A stretch of DNA of 64,000 nt from Acidimicrobiia bacterium (GTDB lineage Bacteria; Actinomycetota; Acidimicrobiia; Spongiisociales; Spongiisociaceae). Positions 21,527 to 31,762 of the stretch are shown one piece after another (position 1 is the first letter of the stretch; every line of letters starts with the position of its first letter). The notes beneath the pieces are model-generated. The model worked only from the letters and a program-made list of their open reading frames with translations, was not told where the DNA came from and did no database searches. The translations under genes and the position numbers were made by a program. The DNA is taken from contig JBFGLM010000001.1 in assembly GCA_041576165.1 (NCBI GenBank), forward strand, positions 1 to 64,000. The letters are read 5' to 3'.

Positions 21527-21583
21527 CGGTTCTGATGCTACCGAGGCACATGCAGTACTCAACAGGTGAGACCGGCTGCACGC

Positions 21584-21615
21584 GCCGAGGGCGGGCCGGC
21601 AGGCCCGCCCTCGGC
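21584..21615 (-). terminator. Perfect 14-bp hairpin downstream of the sigma factor gene
   Basis: GCCGAGGGCGGGCC-ggca-GGCCCGCCCTCGGC. Confidence 0.6.
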
Positions 21616-21633
21616 TGAATCACACCGATCCGA

Positions 21634-22650
21634 TCAGATCAGATCCTGCTCGCGGATCCCAAATGATGGGTGGCGAAGCCGGCACAATGCCAGCTTCTCC
21701 AACTGACGGATGCGCTCGCGGGTCAGGTTGAATTCCTCCCCAATCTCTTCGAGCGTCCGGGGAACGCCGTCATAGAAGCCGTAGCGCAGTGCCAGGATGC
21801 GGCCCTCCCGGTCTGGGAGCCGATCGATCGACTTGCGCAGGCTGTTCGCCACGTCCATCTCTTCGGTCATTCGCACCGGATCGGCCGCGTCTTCATCCTC
21901 GATGAAATCACCGAGCTGAGCTCCGTCCTCACCGACCGGCTGTTCCAGCGATACGGTGTCGGCCACACCCAGCGCCAGCTCGACCTTGTCGAGCGTGACA
22001 CCCGCTTCTTCAGCGATCTCCGCCGGCCGCGGGTCGCGGCCGAGCTCGGCCTTGAGGCTCGCCTGCGCCGCTCGCACGGCGGCCAGGGTGTCGTGCAGAT
22101 GGACCGGGATCCGGACCGTCCGCGACTTGTCCGCGATCGCCCGGGTGATCGCCTGGCGAATCCACCACGTGGCGTAGGTCGAGAACTTGAAGCCCTTGCG
22201 CCAGTCGAACTTTTCGACGGCGCGAATCAGGCCCAAGTTGCCTTCCTGGATCAGATCCAAGAAGTCGATCCCCGACGTGTTCGCATACCGCCGAGCATTG
22301 GCCACCACCAGCCGCAAGTTGGCCGTCAGAAACGCGTCTTTCGCTTCCTTGCCCTTGCGGAACCGGCGGCGGAGCTCGATCTCTTCTTTCTTACCCTTGT
22401 AGTCGCCTGTTTCGAGGCGATCCGACGCCTCTTCACCGGCTTCGATCTGTTGGGCAAGCTCGACTTCCTGCTCAGCGGTCAGCAGGTCGTACTCGCCGAT
22501 AGCGGTGAGGTACTGACTGACCAGATCGGTCGTCAGCCGCCCGCGCTCATCGGTCAGCTTGCTTCGATTTCGCTCGCGTTCACGCCGAGTCCTGGCGTCC
22601 GCGGGTCGGGGCGCAGTAGTCGCGCGCCGCGTCCTATCGGCTACAGCCAT
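21634..22650 (-). CDS. RNA polymerase sigma-70 factor, RpoD/SigB family (short, group 2-like)
   Basis: [47 protein letters not shown]. Confidence 0.95.
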   Translation of the reverse strand: MAVADRTRRATTAPRPADARTRRERERNRSKLTDERGRLTTDLVSQYLTAIGEYDLLTAEQEVELAQQIEAGEEASDRLETGDYKGKKEEIELRRRFRKGKEAKDAFLTANLRLVVANARRYANTSGIDFLDLIQEGNLGLIRAVEKFDWRKGFKFSTYATWWIRQAITRAIADKSRTVRIPVHLHDTLAAVRAAQASLKAELGRDPRPAEIAEEAGVTLDKVELALGVADTVSLEQPVGEDGAQLGDFIEDEDAADPVRMTEEMDVANSLRKSIDRLPDREGRILALRYGFYDGVPRTLEEIGEEFNLTRERIRQLEKLALCRLRHPSFGIREQDLI

Positions 22651-22759
22651 CTAGAGAGTCCTCCGTCCAGGGGGATGGTGCCCAGTCGTGGAATCGGTTC
22701 CACGTCATCGCCCAGGGCGCCTAATATGCCAAAGCGAAGCCCGTATGTGAACCCCCTTT

Positions 22760-22882
22760 TTGCACACAGCTTCATCCACCGGTTTTGCTTAAGTTTCCCA
22801 CAATACGTGGTGGGAAGTCCACAGAGTTATCCACAGACAGTGGCTCTAGTGGGAACGTTTGTTCGCTCGGTTTTGTTCCCAC
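22760..22882. promoter_or_regulatory. Cluster of DnaA-box-like 9-mers with NrdR-box-like and LexA/SOS-box-like sites in a divergent intergenic region
   Basis: TTATCCACA at 22827-22835 plus co-oriented near matches (22760, 22772, 22794, 22815); CCACAATACGTGGTGG at 22798-22813; GAAC-GTTT-GTTC at 22853-22864. Confidence 0.55.
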
Positions 22883-23006
22883 CCTGTTCATTTCAGCGGA
22901 TCCCTCTTTCGTTTTCCAGCATTTGGACTGCTGCTTCGGCGTGGCGGAAGGGCTTCGACGCGGCGGTGGCGGTCCTACAACCAGCGAGACCTGATACCTT
23001 CGAAAG

Positions 23007-25040
23007 ATGCCCAATCGTCTCGCCGCCGAAACATCTCCCTACCTCCTTCAGCACAAGGACAACCCCGTCGACTGGTATCCGTGGGGCGAAGAAGCGTTTG
23101 CGCGAGCGACGGCCGAGGACAAGCCGGTCTTGTTGTCGGTGGGCTACTCGTCGTGCCATTGGTGTCACGTGATGGAGCACGAATCCTTCGAGGACCCGGA
23201 GACGGCAGCCACGCTCAACGAGTGGTTCGTGCCGGTGAAGGTCGACCGGGAAGAGCGTCCAGATGTGGATTCCATCTACATGGAGGCGGTCCAAGCGATG
23301 ACGGGGCACGGAGGCTGGCCGATGACGGTGTTTCTCACCCCGGACGGCGTGCCGATGTTCGCCGGGACATACTTTCCCAAGCACGAACGCCCCGGGATGC
23401 CGTCGTTCGGTCGGGTCATGGCGGCTGTGCACGACGCCTGGACGAACCGGCGGGACGAGGTGCTCTCACAGGCGGAACAGCTACACGATCTGATCGGACG
23501 TTCAATCCCTGCTGCAGACCACGTTCCGAGTGGCGATGATCTCGCCGCGGCCTACCGCTCGATCGCGGCCGCTTCCGATCCCGAGCACGGCGGGTTCGGC
23601 CGGGCACCCAAATTTCCCCAGGAGCCCGTCCTGGAGTTTCTCTTGCGCAGCCACCAGGCGGAATGGGCACCCAACGCCGGTCGCATACTCGACGCAACAC
23701 TTGCGGCCATGGCAGCGGGCGGAATCTACGATCAGCTCGGCGGCGGCTTCGCCCGCTACTCGACCGATCGTGAGTGGCTCGTTCCCCACTTCGAGAAGAT
23801 GCTGTACAACAACGCTCAGCTAGCCCGGATCTACCTGAGGGCATGGCAGATCAGCGGGCACGACACGTACCGCCGGGTGGCAATCGAGACCATCGACTAC
23901 GTCCTGCGCGACCTGACCAACGAGCAGGGCGGATTCATGGCCGCCGAGGATGCCGACTCGGAAGGCGTCGAAGGCAAGTTCTACGTGTGGACCCGCGAGG
24001 AATTGGCCGCCGCTCTCGACGACGATGCGCTCATCGAATTGGCGGCTGACTGGTTCGGGGTGACCGCCCACGGGAACTTCGAGGGCTCCAATGTGCTGAC
24101 CCGAAACTCGGCTCTCGCCGAGGTCGCCGACCGGAACGGCGTGCCGGTTGTGGAGGCCGAGCGCTTGATCGACCAGGCCCGTTCAACGCTCCTGGCAGCT
24201 CGCAACGAGCGGATTCGGCCGGGGCTGGATGACAAGGTGATCACCGCCTGGAACGGTCTGATGGTCCGGGCTCTGGCAGAGGCCGGCGCCATCCTGGAAC
24301 GCCCCGACTATCTCGCCGCCGCCGAACGCAATGGACACTTCGTACTCGAACACCTCCACCGTCCCGACGGCCGGTTGCTGCGCAGCTGGAGCAAGGGGCG
24401 CGCCGACCTGGTCGGGTACCTGGAGGACTACGCCGCCTATGCGCTCGGGTTGTCGGTGCTGTACGAGGCGACCGGCGCCCTCGAATGGTACGAGGCGTTC
24501 GCCGACCTCACCCGCGCCATCCCAGGTCTTTTCGCGGACGAGGTCGGCGGGCTCTACGCCACAGGCTCGGACGCCGCACCGCTCATCGTCCGACCCCGGG
24601 ACCAGATGGACAACCCCACGCCCTCGGGCGAGTCGATGGCAGCGGAGGCCTTCCTGCGACTTGCGCTGTATACGGGCGAGAGCGAATGGCTCGATGGCTT
24701 CGAGCACATCACCCGGCGGGCCGGCAGGCTGATCGAACGTGCCCCTTCGGTCGCCGGGCACCTGCTGGCGGTACTCACGTCGTATCACGTCGGCATGAGA
24801 GAGGTGGCGATCGTCGGCCCCCAGGCCCGCGAACTGGCCCGGCCTGTCTGGCGTGCCTACCGACCCCACCTGGTGCTGGCGATCGACCCGGAGGGACGGC
24901 ATGCGGACGAGGTGCCGCTGCTGGCGGGGAGGAGCCGGCCAGGCGACACGCTCGCCTATGTGTGCGAGCGGATGACCTGCCGCGCCCCCGTCTCGACGTC
25001 GGCCGCGCTGGAGGCGGAGCTCGACGCGGTTCCGACGTGA
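23007..25040 (+). CDS. Thioredoxin-domain protein YyaL/SSP411 family
   Basis: [44 protein letters not shown]. Confidence 0.92.
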   Translation: MPNRLAAETSPYLLQHKDNPVDWYPWGEEAFARATAEDKPVLLSVGYSSCHWCHVMEHESFEDPETAATLNEWFVPVKVDREERPDVDSIYMEAVQAMTGHGGWPMTVFLTPDGVPMFAGTYFPKHERPGMPSFGRVMAAVHDAWTNRRDEVLSQAEQLHDLIGRSIPAADHVPSGDDLAAAYRSIAAASDPEHGGFGRAPKFPQEPVLEFLLRSHQAEWAPNAGRILDATLAAMAAGGIYDQLGGGFARYSTDREWLVPHFEKMLYNNAQLARIYLRAWQISGHDTYRRVAIETIDYVLRDLTNEQGGFMAAEDADSEGVEGKFYVWTREELAAALDDDALIELAADWFGVTAHGNFEGSNVLTRNSALAEVADRNGVPVVEAERLIDQARSTLLAARNERIRPGLDDKVITAWNGLMVRALAEAGAILERPDYLAAAERNGHFVLEHLHRPDGRLLRSWSKGRADLVGYLEDYAAYALGLSVLYEATGALEWYEAFADLTRAIPGLFADEVGGLYATGSDAAPLIVRPRDQMDNPTPSGESMAAEAFLRLALYTGESEWLDGFEHITRRAGRLIERAPSVAGHLLAVLTSYHVGMREVAIVGPQARELARPVWRAYRPHLVLAIDPEGRHADEVPLLAGRSRPGDTLAYVCERMTCRAPVSTSAALEAELDAVPT

Positions 25041-25047
25041 AAGCGCT

Positions 25048-26154
25048 TCAGACCGTGGCGTCGGGGGTTTGTTCTACGGCCGGCGCTGCTCCCACCGCGC
25101 GCCTGTACGCCGCGAGAATTGGCCATGTGGCCAAGAATGGGGCGAGCAGCCACAGCGGCCGGGTCAGCCACCATTCGGTGGTGGGCTCGGAGGGAGGCAC
25201 GTATCCGAACAGCGCGAAGGCGAGCGCCACGACGATCGCCATGCCGGAGGAGTGGAACAGGTAGAGCGGCAGCGAATTCTCGTTCACCCAGACGAACAGT
25301 CGTCTCCACCGTAGATCAGTTTCCAGGCGGTGCAAGACCCAGTCCCGGATGAGGATCACCACGCCGATCTGAAGAAATGTCAAGCCCACAATCGCCAGCG
25401 TCGGAGGGCCCATGTTGGAGAACCGGTCACCGGGCACGCCGACCAGGGAGCGCGGATAGAAGCCCATGTTGGTCAGCGCGACCAGGCCGAAGAGACCGCC
25501 CCAGAACAGCATCCACCCCAGCCGGCGCGGGGCGGCGATGAAGCGGTCGTAATAGAAGCCGAGCTGATGGGCGAGGCCCCAAATGACGATGAAATTGACC
25601 CAGGCCGCCCAGCCCTGCCCATGACTGAAACGGAGTACATCGAACACGGCCGCCAGACCGAGCAACCAAACCGGAACCAGTTCACCCCAGCGCCAGTGAG
25701 CCCGAATAGCTACCGGCGCGACCAGCACCAGAACCACGTACACCACCAGGAACCACAGCGGCGACAGCACCAGGATCACCGCCGACCAGATCCAGCCAGG
25801 GTTCATGACGACGTCGAGGACGACCCCGAGGACGATCCAGGCTACCGAGAGCCCGACGGCCGGTACCAGCAGTCGGCGGATGCGTCGTTTGAGGAAGCGA
25901 CGAGATGTGCCTCTCGTGTACCTGTCGAAGGCGAGCCGGTGGGTGTAGCCACCGACAAAGAAAAAGACCGGCATCACCTGTAACACCCAGGTCGCCACCC
26001 ACATGCCGCGGGTGAAACCGATCGGGTTGGACGGCGAAACAGTCGTTTCGGACACGACCAGGATCGTGAATACCCAGTGCCAGACAACGACTACAACCAG
26101 CGAGGCCGACCGCAGAAAGTCCACGTACTGGTCGCGCGGAGTCCTAGGGGGCAC
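25048..26154 (-). CDS. Acyltransferase family 3 membrane protein
   Basis: D.LR...VVVWH, MPVFFFVGGY, multiple TM helices, SNMGPP. Confidence 0.85.
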   Translation of the reverse strand: MPPRTPRDQYVDFLRSASLVVVVVWHWVFTILVVSETTVSPSNPIGFTRGMWVATWVLQVMPVFFFVGGYTHRLAFDRYTRGTSRRFLKRRIRRLLVPAVGLSVAWIVLGVVLDVVMNPGWIWSAVILVLSPLWFLVVYVVLVLVAPVAIRAHWRWGELVPVWLLGLAAVFDVLRFSHGQGWAAWVNFIVIWGLAHQLGFYYDRFIAAPRRLGWMLFWGGLFGLVALTNMGFYPRSLVGVPGDRFSNMGPPTLAIVGLTFLQIGVVILIRDWVLHRLETDLRWRRLFVWVNENSLPLYLFHSSGMAIVVALAFALFGYVPPSEPTTEWWLTRPLWLLAPFLATWPILAAYRRAVGAAPAVEQTPDATV

Positions 26155-26220
26155 ATCGACTCCATTCTTTCGTCCTCATCGACAAGATACCGTCGCGGGT
26201 GCGGCGACTTGTGCAACCTC

Positions 26221-27141
26221 TCAGCTCAGCTGGGCCGGCGCGGATTGCCGGCTGTGGAGCTCGGCCGCATACCAGACGAAGGCGATCCAGAGCGCATCGG
26301 CCAGCCCCAGGTGAAGGAGCTGCATCCAGACCGGCACCAGCAGCGCAACATTGGTGATCCCGGCGGCGAGTTGGACCGCCACCAGCCAGATGATCGCCCG
26401 CGCCAGCGCCAAACCGTATCCGGACAGGCCGGCGGGTCGGACGAGCGCGATACGCATGATGATGAGGGCGGCCGCGATCGCCAGCGCCGGGTGCACCACC
26501 CGCAGGCTGGTCAGCAATGACTCGGCGCCGAAGCCGTCGAAACTGAGCGAGTTCTTTGGATAGAGCGTGTCGGCCAGCGCAGTAACTGCTCCCGAGGCGG
26601 CCACTAGGACCATCAGTCCGAGGCCGGCCGCAACGCGCGGGTCGCGGCGTAACCGGGACCATTCGATGGTTTTGTCCGAAGTCGAGAGGGACACGGTGAT
26701 TGCCAGCGCCCCCAGCAAGAGCAGCGTGTTCAACAGGTGAAGCGGGACCGCCACGGTGCGGGCAACGGAGCTGTCGTCGCTGACCCACTCGAATAGCACG
26801 ATCCCGGCACCTATGAGCGCTTCACCAACGATGGTCACCACGGCCCACCAACCGGCTGTCCGCAGCTGCTGCTCGCCGCGACTCACATTGCCAACGGTGC
26901 TGCGCCGAATCGTGAAATACAACGCAAACACCGTGATGAGGGCCAGTCCGCTGAGAAGCCGGTGAGCGAACTCGATCGCCAGCGCCCCCTCGATCTCGGC
27001 CGGTATGACCTGGCCGTCGCAGGTCGGCCAGGACCGGCCGCAACCCGCCCCCGATCCCGTCGCCCGGACGAGCGCACCGCCCAGGATCACGACGACATTG
27101 AGGATGAGGGCCGCCCACGCGAGCCTCGCGATACGGTGCAT
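26221..27141 (-). CDS. ctaA: Heme A synthase (COX15/CtaA)
   Basis: GSGAGC..WPTC.G, EFAHR, conserved His residues, TM helices. Confidence 0.85.
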   Translation of the reverse strand: MHRIARLAWAALILNVVVILGGALVRATGSGAGCGRSWPTCDGQVIPAEIEGALAIEFAHRLLSGLALITVFALYFTIRRSTVGNVSRGEQQLRTAGWWAVVTIVGEALIGAGIVLFEWVSDDSSVARTVAVPLHLLNTLLLLGALAITVSLSTSDKTIEWSRLRRDPRVAAGLGLMVLVAASGAVTALADTLYPKNSLSFDGFGAESLLTSLRVVHPALAIAAALIIMRIALVRPAGLSGYGLALARAIIWLVAVQLAAGITNVALLVPVWMQLLHLGLADALWIAFVWYAAELHSRQSAPAQLS

Positions 27142-27209
27142 GGCCTCACGTTACGCCGCGGGCGCCCCTTGCCAAACCCACGGTCGGACCGAGACGGGCC
27201 GGCTCGGGG

Positions 27210-27665
27210 TCAGCTCGATGATCCCGGGTCGCCCAGCGGGCCGAGCCCTCCGATGGCCTGCGGATCAACCAGGTTCTGCAGGCGGACCTGTCCCCGGGCC
27301 AGCAGCTTGTTGTCCGCTTCGCGCCGGATCTCTACCTGCCACAACTGCTGGGTGCGGCCCCGGTGGATCGGCGTTGCGGTTCCTCGGATGCCGCCTTCGC
27401 GGTGGGAACGCAAGAAGTCCGTGGTATTCGATATCCCGACGACCCCGGCGAAGCCCTGCTCCAGCGCCCATACGGCAGCACCGGTCGATGCCAGCGCTTC
27501 GACCAGCGTGCAATAGGTGCCGCCGTGTACGATCCCGTACGGCTGTCGGTGGACCGGGCCGGTGTCGATCCGGCCCTCGCAGCGGTCGGGCGTGACCTCG
27601 GTCAACTCGAGGCCGAGGGCGGCGTTCAAGCCTTCGTTGTGAGGGAGGTCGTCGAGGATTGCCAT
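27210..27665 (-). CDS. PaaI-family thioesterase
   Basis: QPYGIVHGG, H.GRTQQLWQV hot-dog motifs. Confidence 0.9.
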   Translation of the reverse strand: MAILDDLPHNEGLNAALGLELTEVTPDRCEGRIDTGPVHRQPYGIVHGGTYCTLVEALASTGAAVWALEQGFAGVVGISNTTDFLRSHREGGIRGTATPIHRGRTQQLWQVEIRREADNKLLARGQVRLQNLVDPQAIGGLGPLGDPGSSS

Positions 27666-27721
27666 GTCGGCCGACACGCTAGGAGCGCGGCAGCAGATTG
27701 ACCAGCAGTCGCCAAGGAGGC

Positions 27722-30007
27722 TCAGGACGTGGGTGTGTCGCCGTTCTGGCTCGGTGGCGCCGGGTCGGCGGCCGCGGGGGTGGCCGTTCCCTCCCCCAGC
27801 AGACGGCCGCGGAACTCGCCGGCGCTCCTCACCAGCAGCACCGTCGGCAGGGAGCGCAGCAACCCCTCGATCCGTTCGGCATACTCGGGCTCGCCGCCCG
27901 GCGCGACAGAGCGCAACCCCAGAAAGACCACGTCCGCCGTCCGCGACTTCTCGCACATCACCTCCTGGACCGAACGATCTGACCCTTTGAGGATCACCTC
28001 GGTCTCAGCCGAGATCCGTGAGTTCCTCACGATCTCGCCTAGCAGGGCTGCGTTGCGCCGCGCCATCATGTCGCTTGTCGCGATGCTCTTGATCGAGATC
28101 TTGGCGCTACGCCACTCGGGATTGAGAGACATGAGATGGGCAAACAACACCAGCATGTCTCCGTTGTGTTGCAGACCACCCCACCACACATGTATCTCAC
28201 GGCGGGTCTTGTTGGGTGCCAGCGGCACCGGGCGGCAGATCACGGATGAGATCCCTAGGTTGGACAGGGCCTCGATGATGGTGAGCGCCGAAGACCGGCG
28301 TTCCATCTTGTCGCTCCAACCAAACATCACCGTGTTGGTTTCGATTCCGGCGATCCCGTTCGACTGCGCGACGGTGATGGCTCCCTCGATGAAATCGGTC
28401 ACGACGTCTACCTCGCTAAAGGCCTTCACGCCGAACTCGTCGAGTTGCGCGTCTAGCTCGGCTGACCACTCTTTGACGGACGCCCCGATCTCGGCGACGT
28501 TGCCGATCTTGAGGTCGGCCACAGTCAGGATTCCGCGATCCTGCACCAGCCAGTTGGCGTAGTGGGCCAGCGGCCGGCGCTTGACCAGGGAGCCGGCGAA
28601 CAGCAGGATATTCGGCCGCCAGTTGCGAGGATCGCGGGGCAGCCGCCGCAGCTGGAGCACCGACGAACGCACCAGCGAGGTCAGCGCCCCCCGGCGCAGG
28701 TCGCCCCACGGCGCCACCATTGCCCGGCGGCGCATGACCAGGTAGACGCCAACCTCCACCGCCACCGCCACGAACAGCACGCCGGGATTGATCAGGAACA
28801 TCACGAAGAAACAGCCGATCGCACCTGCGATCGACGCCCACCACGGGACGTTCCAGGTGGGGCGAAACGACGGGTCTCCGGCCAAACGCTCGACGCCTGC
28901 CACCAGATTGACCACACCGTAGGTGGTGAGGAAGAACATGGTCAGCGCCGGAGCCACCGCGTTGAGGTCTCCCAACGCCACCGCGCCCAGAGCCACCGCC
29001 AGCGAGATGAGGAGTGGCACTCCCGGACCCTGAATCTGGCCGATGGCGCGCCCGAAGAAAGATGGCAGCACCCGGTCGTCCACCATCGCCTGCAAGGTAC
29101 GAGGAGCGCCGAGAACGCTGCCGACCGCAGACGAGAAAATAGCGCCCCAGATTCCCGGGAAGATGAGCACTGCGGCGCCGCCGGCGAGCGTGAACCAGAT
29201 CAGGTTGTCCTCGATCAGCGTCTGACGATCGGCCGACAACCCGAGCGCGATCACCACCCCGATGTACACGAAGAACCCGACCACCACTGCAATCAGAGTG
29301 CCCCACGGAATCGATTTGGTCGGTTCCTCGAGGTCGCCCGAAAGGGAGACGCCGGCCATGATTCCGGTTACAGCCGGGAAGAACACGGCGAAGACTTCCC
29401 AGAACCCGAGGATGGATCTGGGCTCGACCGCCGCCGCAACGGGATCCGGGCCGTGGGTCAGGACCCCAAAAACCAGCGCCACGAGCGACAACACGATGCC
29501 CGCCATGATGGGAAGCTGCAGCTTCAAGGCCAGACCGGCACCGCGGGTGGCGAGCATCGCCACCGCCAGGATCGTGATCACGGCCACCGGGCGCTGCGGT
29601 ACCTCCGGCCAGATGAGCTGCAGGCTCTCGGCCAGACCGAAAGCGTAGAGCGTCACACTGAACGCTTGGGCGAGAAACAGCGGTATCCCGATGGCCGCCC
29701 CGATCTCAACCCCCAGGCTGCGCGAGATCATGAAATAGGCGCCGCCGGCGCCCACCCGCATGTTTGTGGCAACCGCGGCCACCGACAGCGCCGTCAAGAA
29801 CGTCACGCCGTTGGCGATGATGACGATGGCGACGGCTCCGGCGATGCCGGCGTTGCCCACGACCCATCCTGTGCGGAGGTACAGGATCACCCCCAGGATG
29901 GTCAGGATGGACGGCGTGAACACGCCCAAGAAGGTTCCGAGCTTCCGTGTCCGTCTTGGGGATCGGTCCCGCCCGTTGCGCCGCTCGTCACGACGTAATT
30001 CCCTCAT
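27722..30007 (-). CDS. SLC12/cation-chloride cotransporter-like amino acid permease family protein
   Basis: LGTFLGVFTPSILTILGVI, GGAYFMISRSLG, FFPAVTGIMAG, NWRPNIL cytoplasmic domain. Confidence 0.88.
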   Translation of the reverse strand: MRELRRDERRNGRDRSPRRTRKLGTFLGVFTPSILTILGVILYLRTGWVVGNAGIAGAVAIVIIANGVTFLTALSVAAVATNMRVGAGGAYFMISRSLGVEIGAAIGIPLFLAQAFSVTLYAFGLAESLQLIWPEVPQRPVAVITILAVAMLATRGAGLALKLQLPIMAGIVLSLVALVFGVLTHGPDPVAAAVEPRSILGFWEVFAVFFPAVTGIMAGVSLSGDLEEPTKSIPWGTLIAVVVGFFVYIGVVIALGLSADRQTLIEDNLIWFTLAGGAAVLIFPGIWGAIFSSAVGSVLGAPRTLQAMVDDRVLPSFFGRAIGQIQGPGVPLLISLAVALGAVALGDLNAVAPALTMFFLTTYGVVNLVAGVERLAGDPSFRPTWNVPWWASIAGAIGCFFVMFLINPGVLFVAVAVEVGVYLVMRRRAMVAPWGDLRRGALTSLVRSSVLQLRRLPRDPRNWRPNILLFAGSLVKRRPLAHYANWLVQDRGILTVADLKIGNVAEIGASVKEWSAELDAQLDEFGVKAFSEVDVVTDFIEGAITVAQSNGIAGIETNTVMFGWSDKMERRSSALTIIEALSNLGISSVICRPVPLAPNKTRREIHVWWGGLQHNGDMLVLFAHLMSLNPEWRSAKISIKSIATSDMMARRNAALLGEIVRNSRISAETEVILKGSDRSVQEVMCEKSRTADVVFLGLRSVAPGGEPEYAERIEGLLRSLPTVLLVRSAGEFRGRLLGEGTATPAAADPAPPSQNGDTPTS

Positions 30008-30198
30008 CCCACGAGCGAGGGTACCCGGGACGCGGTTCTATTTCGTTGCACCCCGGGCCCATTTTTTTGACGTCCTCGGAGTGCGCCGGACTGCGACGCG
30101 CCGGTCCACCCGCCGGCTCTCTGCCCAGGTTCGGCCCGGTGATCGACCGATCCGAGTCCGTCCGGTGAAGGTGAGCGGACCCACTACGCTGCGAGATC

Positions 30199-31155
30199 GT
30201 GCAGATTCATGACAGCGCGATCGACGCCATCGGGAACACCCCGCTGATCCGCCTTGCCCGGCTGCACCCCCCCGGCAATCTGGTTGCCAAGGTCGAGTAC
30301 CTGAACCCGGCCGGGTCGGTGAAGGAGCGCATCGCGGTGCACATGATCAACCGCGCCGAAGAGCAGGGCTTGCTCAAACCCGGTGGAACGATCATCGAGC
30401 CGACCAGCGGGAACACCGGGGCCGGGTTGGCGCTGGTGGGAGCGATCCGCGGCTACCGCGTCATCTGCACCGTTCCGGACAAGGTATCGCCGGAAAAGAT
30501 CGATTTGCTGCGAGCCTACGGCGCGGAGGTGATCGTTACACCGACCGACCGGCTGCCCGAGGACCCGGACGGCTACTACGGGGTGGCCCGGCGCCTCACA
30601 GCTGAGATCGAGGGGGCATTCCAGCCCAACCAGTATGTCAACCGGTTCAATCCCGAGGCGCACTATTTGACGACTGGACCCGAGTTGTGGGACCAGACAG
30701 ATGGCAAGCTCGATGTTCTGGTGGCCGGGGTTGGGACCGGTGGGACGATCACCGGGGCGGGACGGTACCTGAAGGAGCAGAATCCCGGCATCGAGGTGGT
30801 CGGCGTCGACCCCCAAGGTTCCATCTTCACAGCACCCTCTCGTGCCGACGTGCACCAATACAAGGTCGAGGGAGTGGGCGAGGATTTCTGGCCTGAGACA
30901 CTCGATCGCGAGATCGTGGACCGCTACATCATGGTGACCGATCAGGAGTCGTTCTCGACGACCCGCCGGCTGGCTCGGAAGGAAGGACTGCTGGTTGGCG
31001 GCTCGTGCGGTATGGCCGTCGAAGGTGCCCGGCGCGTGGCGGACGAGGACACCTCGCGGCTGGTGGTCGTGATCCTGCCTGACTCGGGGCGCGGGTACCT
31101 CTCCAAGATCTGGAATGACGAGTGGCTGAAGGATCACGGGTTCACGCCGGATTGA
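30199..31155 (+). CDS. PLP-dependent cysteine synthase / cystathionine beta-synthase family (no CBS-domain tail)
   Basis: IGNTPL, NPAGSVKER, EPTSGNTG, GTGGTITG, PDSGRGYLSK. Confidence 0.92.
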   Translation: MQIHDSAIDAIGNTPLIRLARLHPPGNLVAKVEYLNPAGSVKERIAVHMINRAEEQGLLKPGGTIIEPTSGNTGAGLALVGAIRGYRVICTVPDKVSPEKIDLLRAYGAEVIVTPTDRLPEDPDGYYGVARRLTAEIEGAFQPNQYVNRFNPEAHYLTTGPELWDQTDGKLDVLVAGVGTGGTITGAGRYLKEQNPGIEVVGVDPQGSIFTAPSRADVHQYKVEGVGEDFWPETLDREIVDRYIMVTDQESFSTTRRLARKEGLLVGGSCGMAVEGARRVADEDTSRLVVVILPDSGRGYLSKIWNDEWLKDHGFTPD

Positions 31156-31248
31156 CCCGCCACAGGTAAACCCGCGGTCGGGTCAAAACCGAGTTATCAG
31201 CAGAAGAGCGCCGGCGTGTCGAGCGGGCGCAGTGACTTGGGGGTCCTC

Positions 31249-31344
31249 ATGGTCGGTTCGAGCAAGCATGTCGGTCTGTGGGTGGCAGCAATTGCGATCA
31301 TCTTCGCCGCTCTCATCGCGGTCTTAGGACGGTCGAGCGACTGA
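31249..31344 (+). CDS. Putative 31-aa single-TM peptide
   Basis: Manual translation MVGSSKHVGLWVAAIAIIFAALIAVLGRSSD*; G-rich RBS-like sequence upstream; terminator downstream. Confidence 0.45.
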   Translation: MVGSSKHVGLWVAAIAIIFAALIAVLGRSSD

Positions 31345-31372
31345 GGTCGGCGCACCCGCAACCGAGCATGAC

Positions 31373-31400
31373 GAAGGCCCCCTCGATCGAGGGGGCCTTC
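31373..31400. terminator. Perfect 28-bp palindrome, probable bidirectional terminator
   Basis: GAAGGCCCCCTCGA|TCGAGGGGGCCTTC between convergent units. Confidence 0.75.
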
Positions 31401-31424
31401 TGTTCTGAAATCCAGCAACACTTC

Positions 31425-31483
31425 GTCTCACTGACAGTCTGTCTCAGTGACAGTCGGTCTCGGTGACAGTCTGTACCGGTAAC
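31425..31483. repeat. Tandem 16-bp repeat (about 3.5 copies, GTCTC[A/G][C/G]TGACAGTC)
   Basis: Copies start at 31425, 31441, 31457 and 31473 (last degenerate). Confidence 0.85.
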
Positions 31484-31656
31484 GGGTCGTCCCCGTCCCA
31501 GTTCGTCACGGTGCTCGGCAGCCGAGCCGGCCCTACCATCGACCATTCCGTCGACGAGCAGGCCGGGCTGGCTCAGCCTGAACCAGAGACGCCGCATGAG
31601 GACCAGCATGCGGGCTGAAGGATTCGGTGGTCCGAGTTGGAGTCGCCACCTCTGCT

Positions 31657-31695
31657 CTCGGTGAGTGCGCTCGGTGAGTGCGCTCGGTGAGAGCG
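31657..31695. repeat. Tandem 13-bp repeat (3 copies, CTCGGTGAG[T/A]GCG)
   Basis: Copies start at 31657, 31670 and 31683. Confidence 0.85.
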
Positions 31696-31720
31696 AGCGA
31701 CAGACTCTCATGGCCGTCGC

Positions 31721-31762
31721 TCAGCGCTCGGCCACCTCCAGAGTCCTACAAGAACTACCCAA
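31721..31762 (-). CDS. Putative 13-aa micro-peptide (M)GSSCRTLEVAER behind an extreme RBS
   Basis: TTG start immediately downstream of AGAAAGGAGGTGGTCCAAC; TGA stop at 31721-31723. Confidence 0.4.
   Translation of the reverse strand: MGSSCRTLEVAER

Noticed and set aside
22740-22930. Chromosomal oriC call
   Set aside because: Only one perfect DnaA box and no dnaA/dnaN/rpmH context; kept only as a regulatory candidate
31313-31711. 132-aa minus-strand ORF
   Set aside because: Runs through 13-bp and 16-bp repeats and a terminator, with no protein-like features
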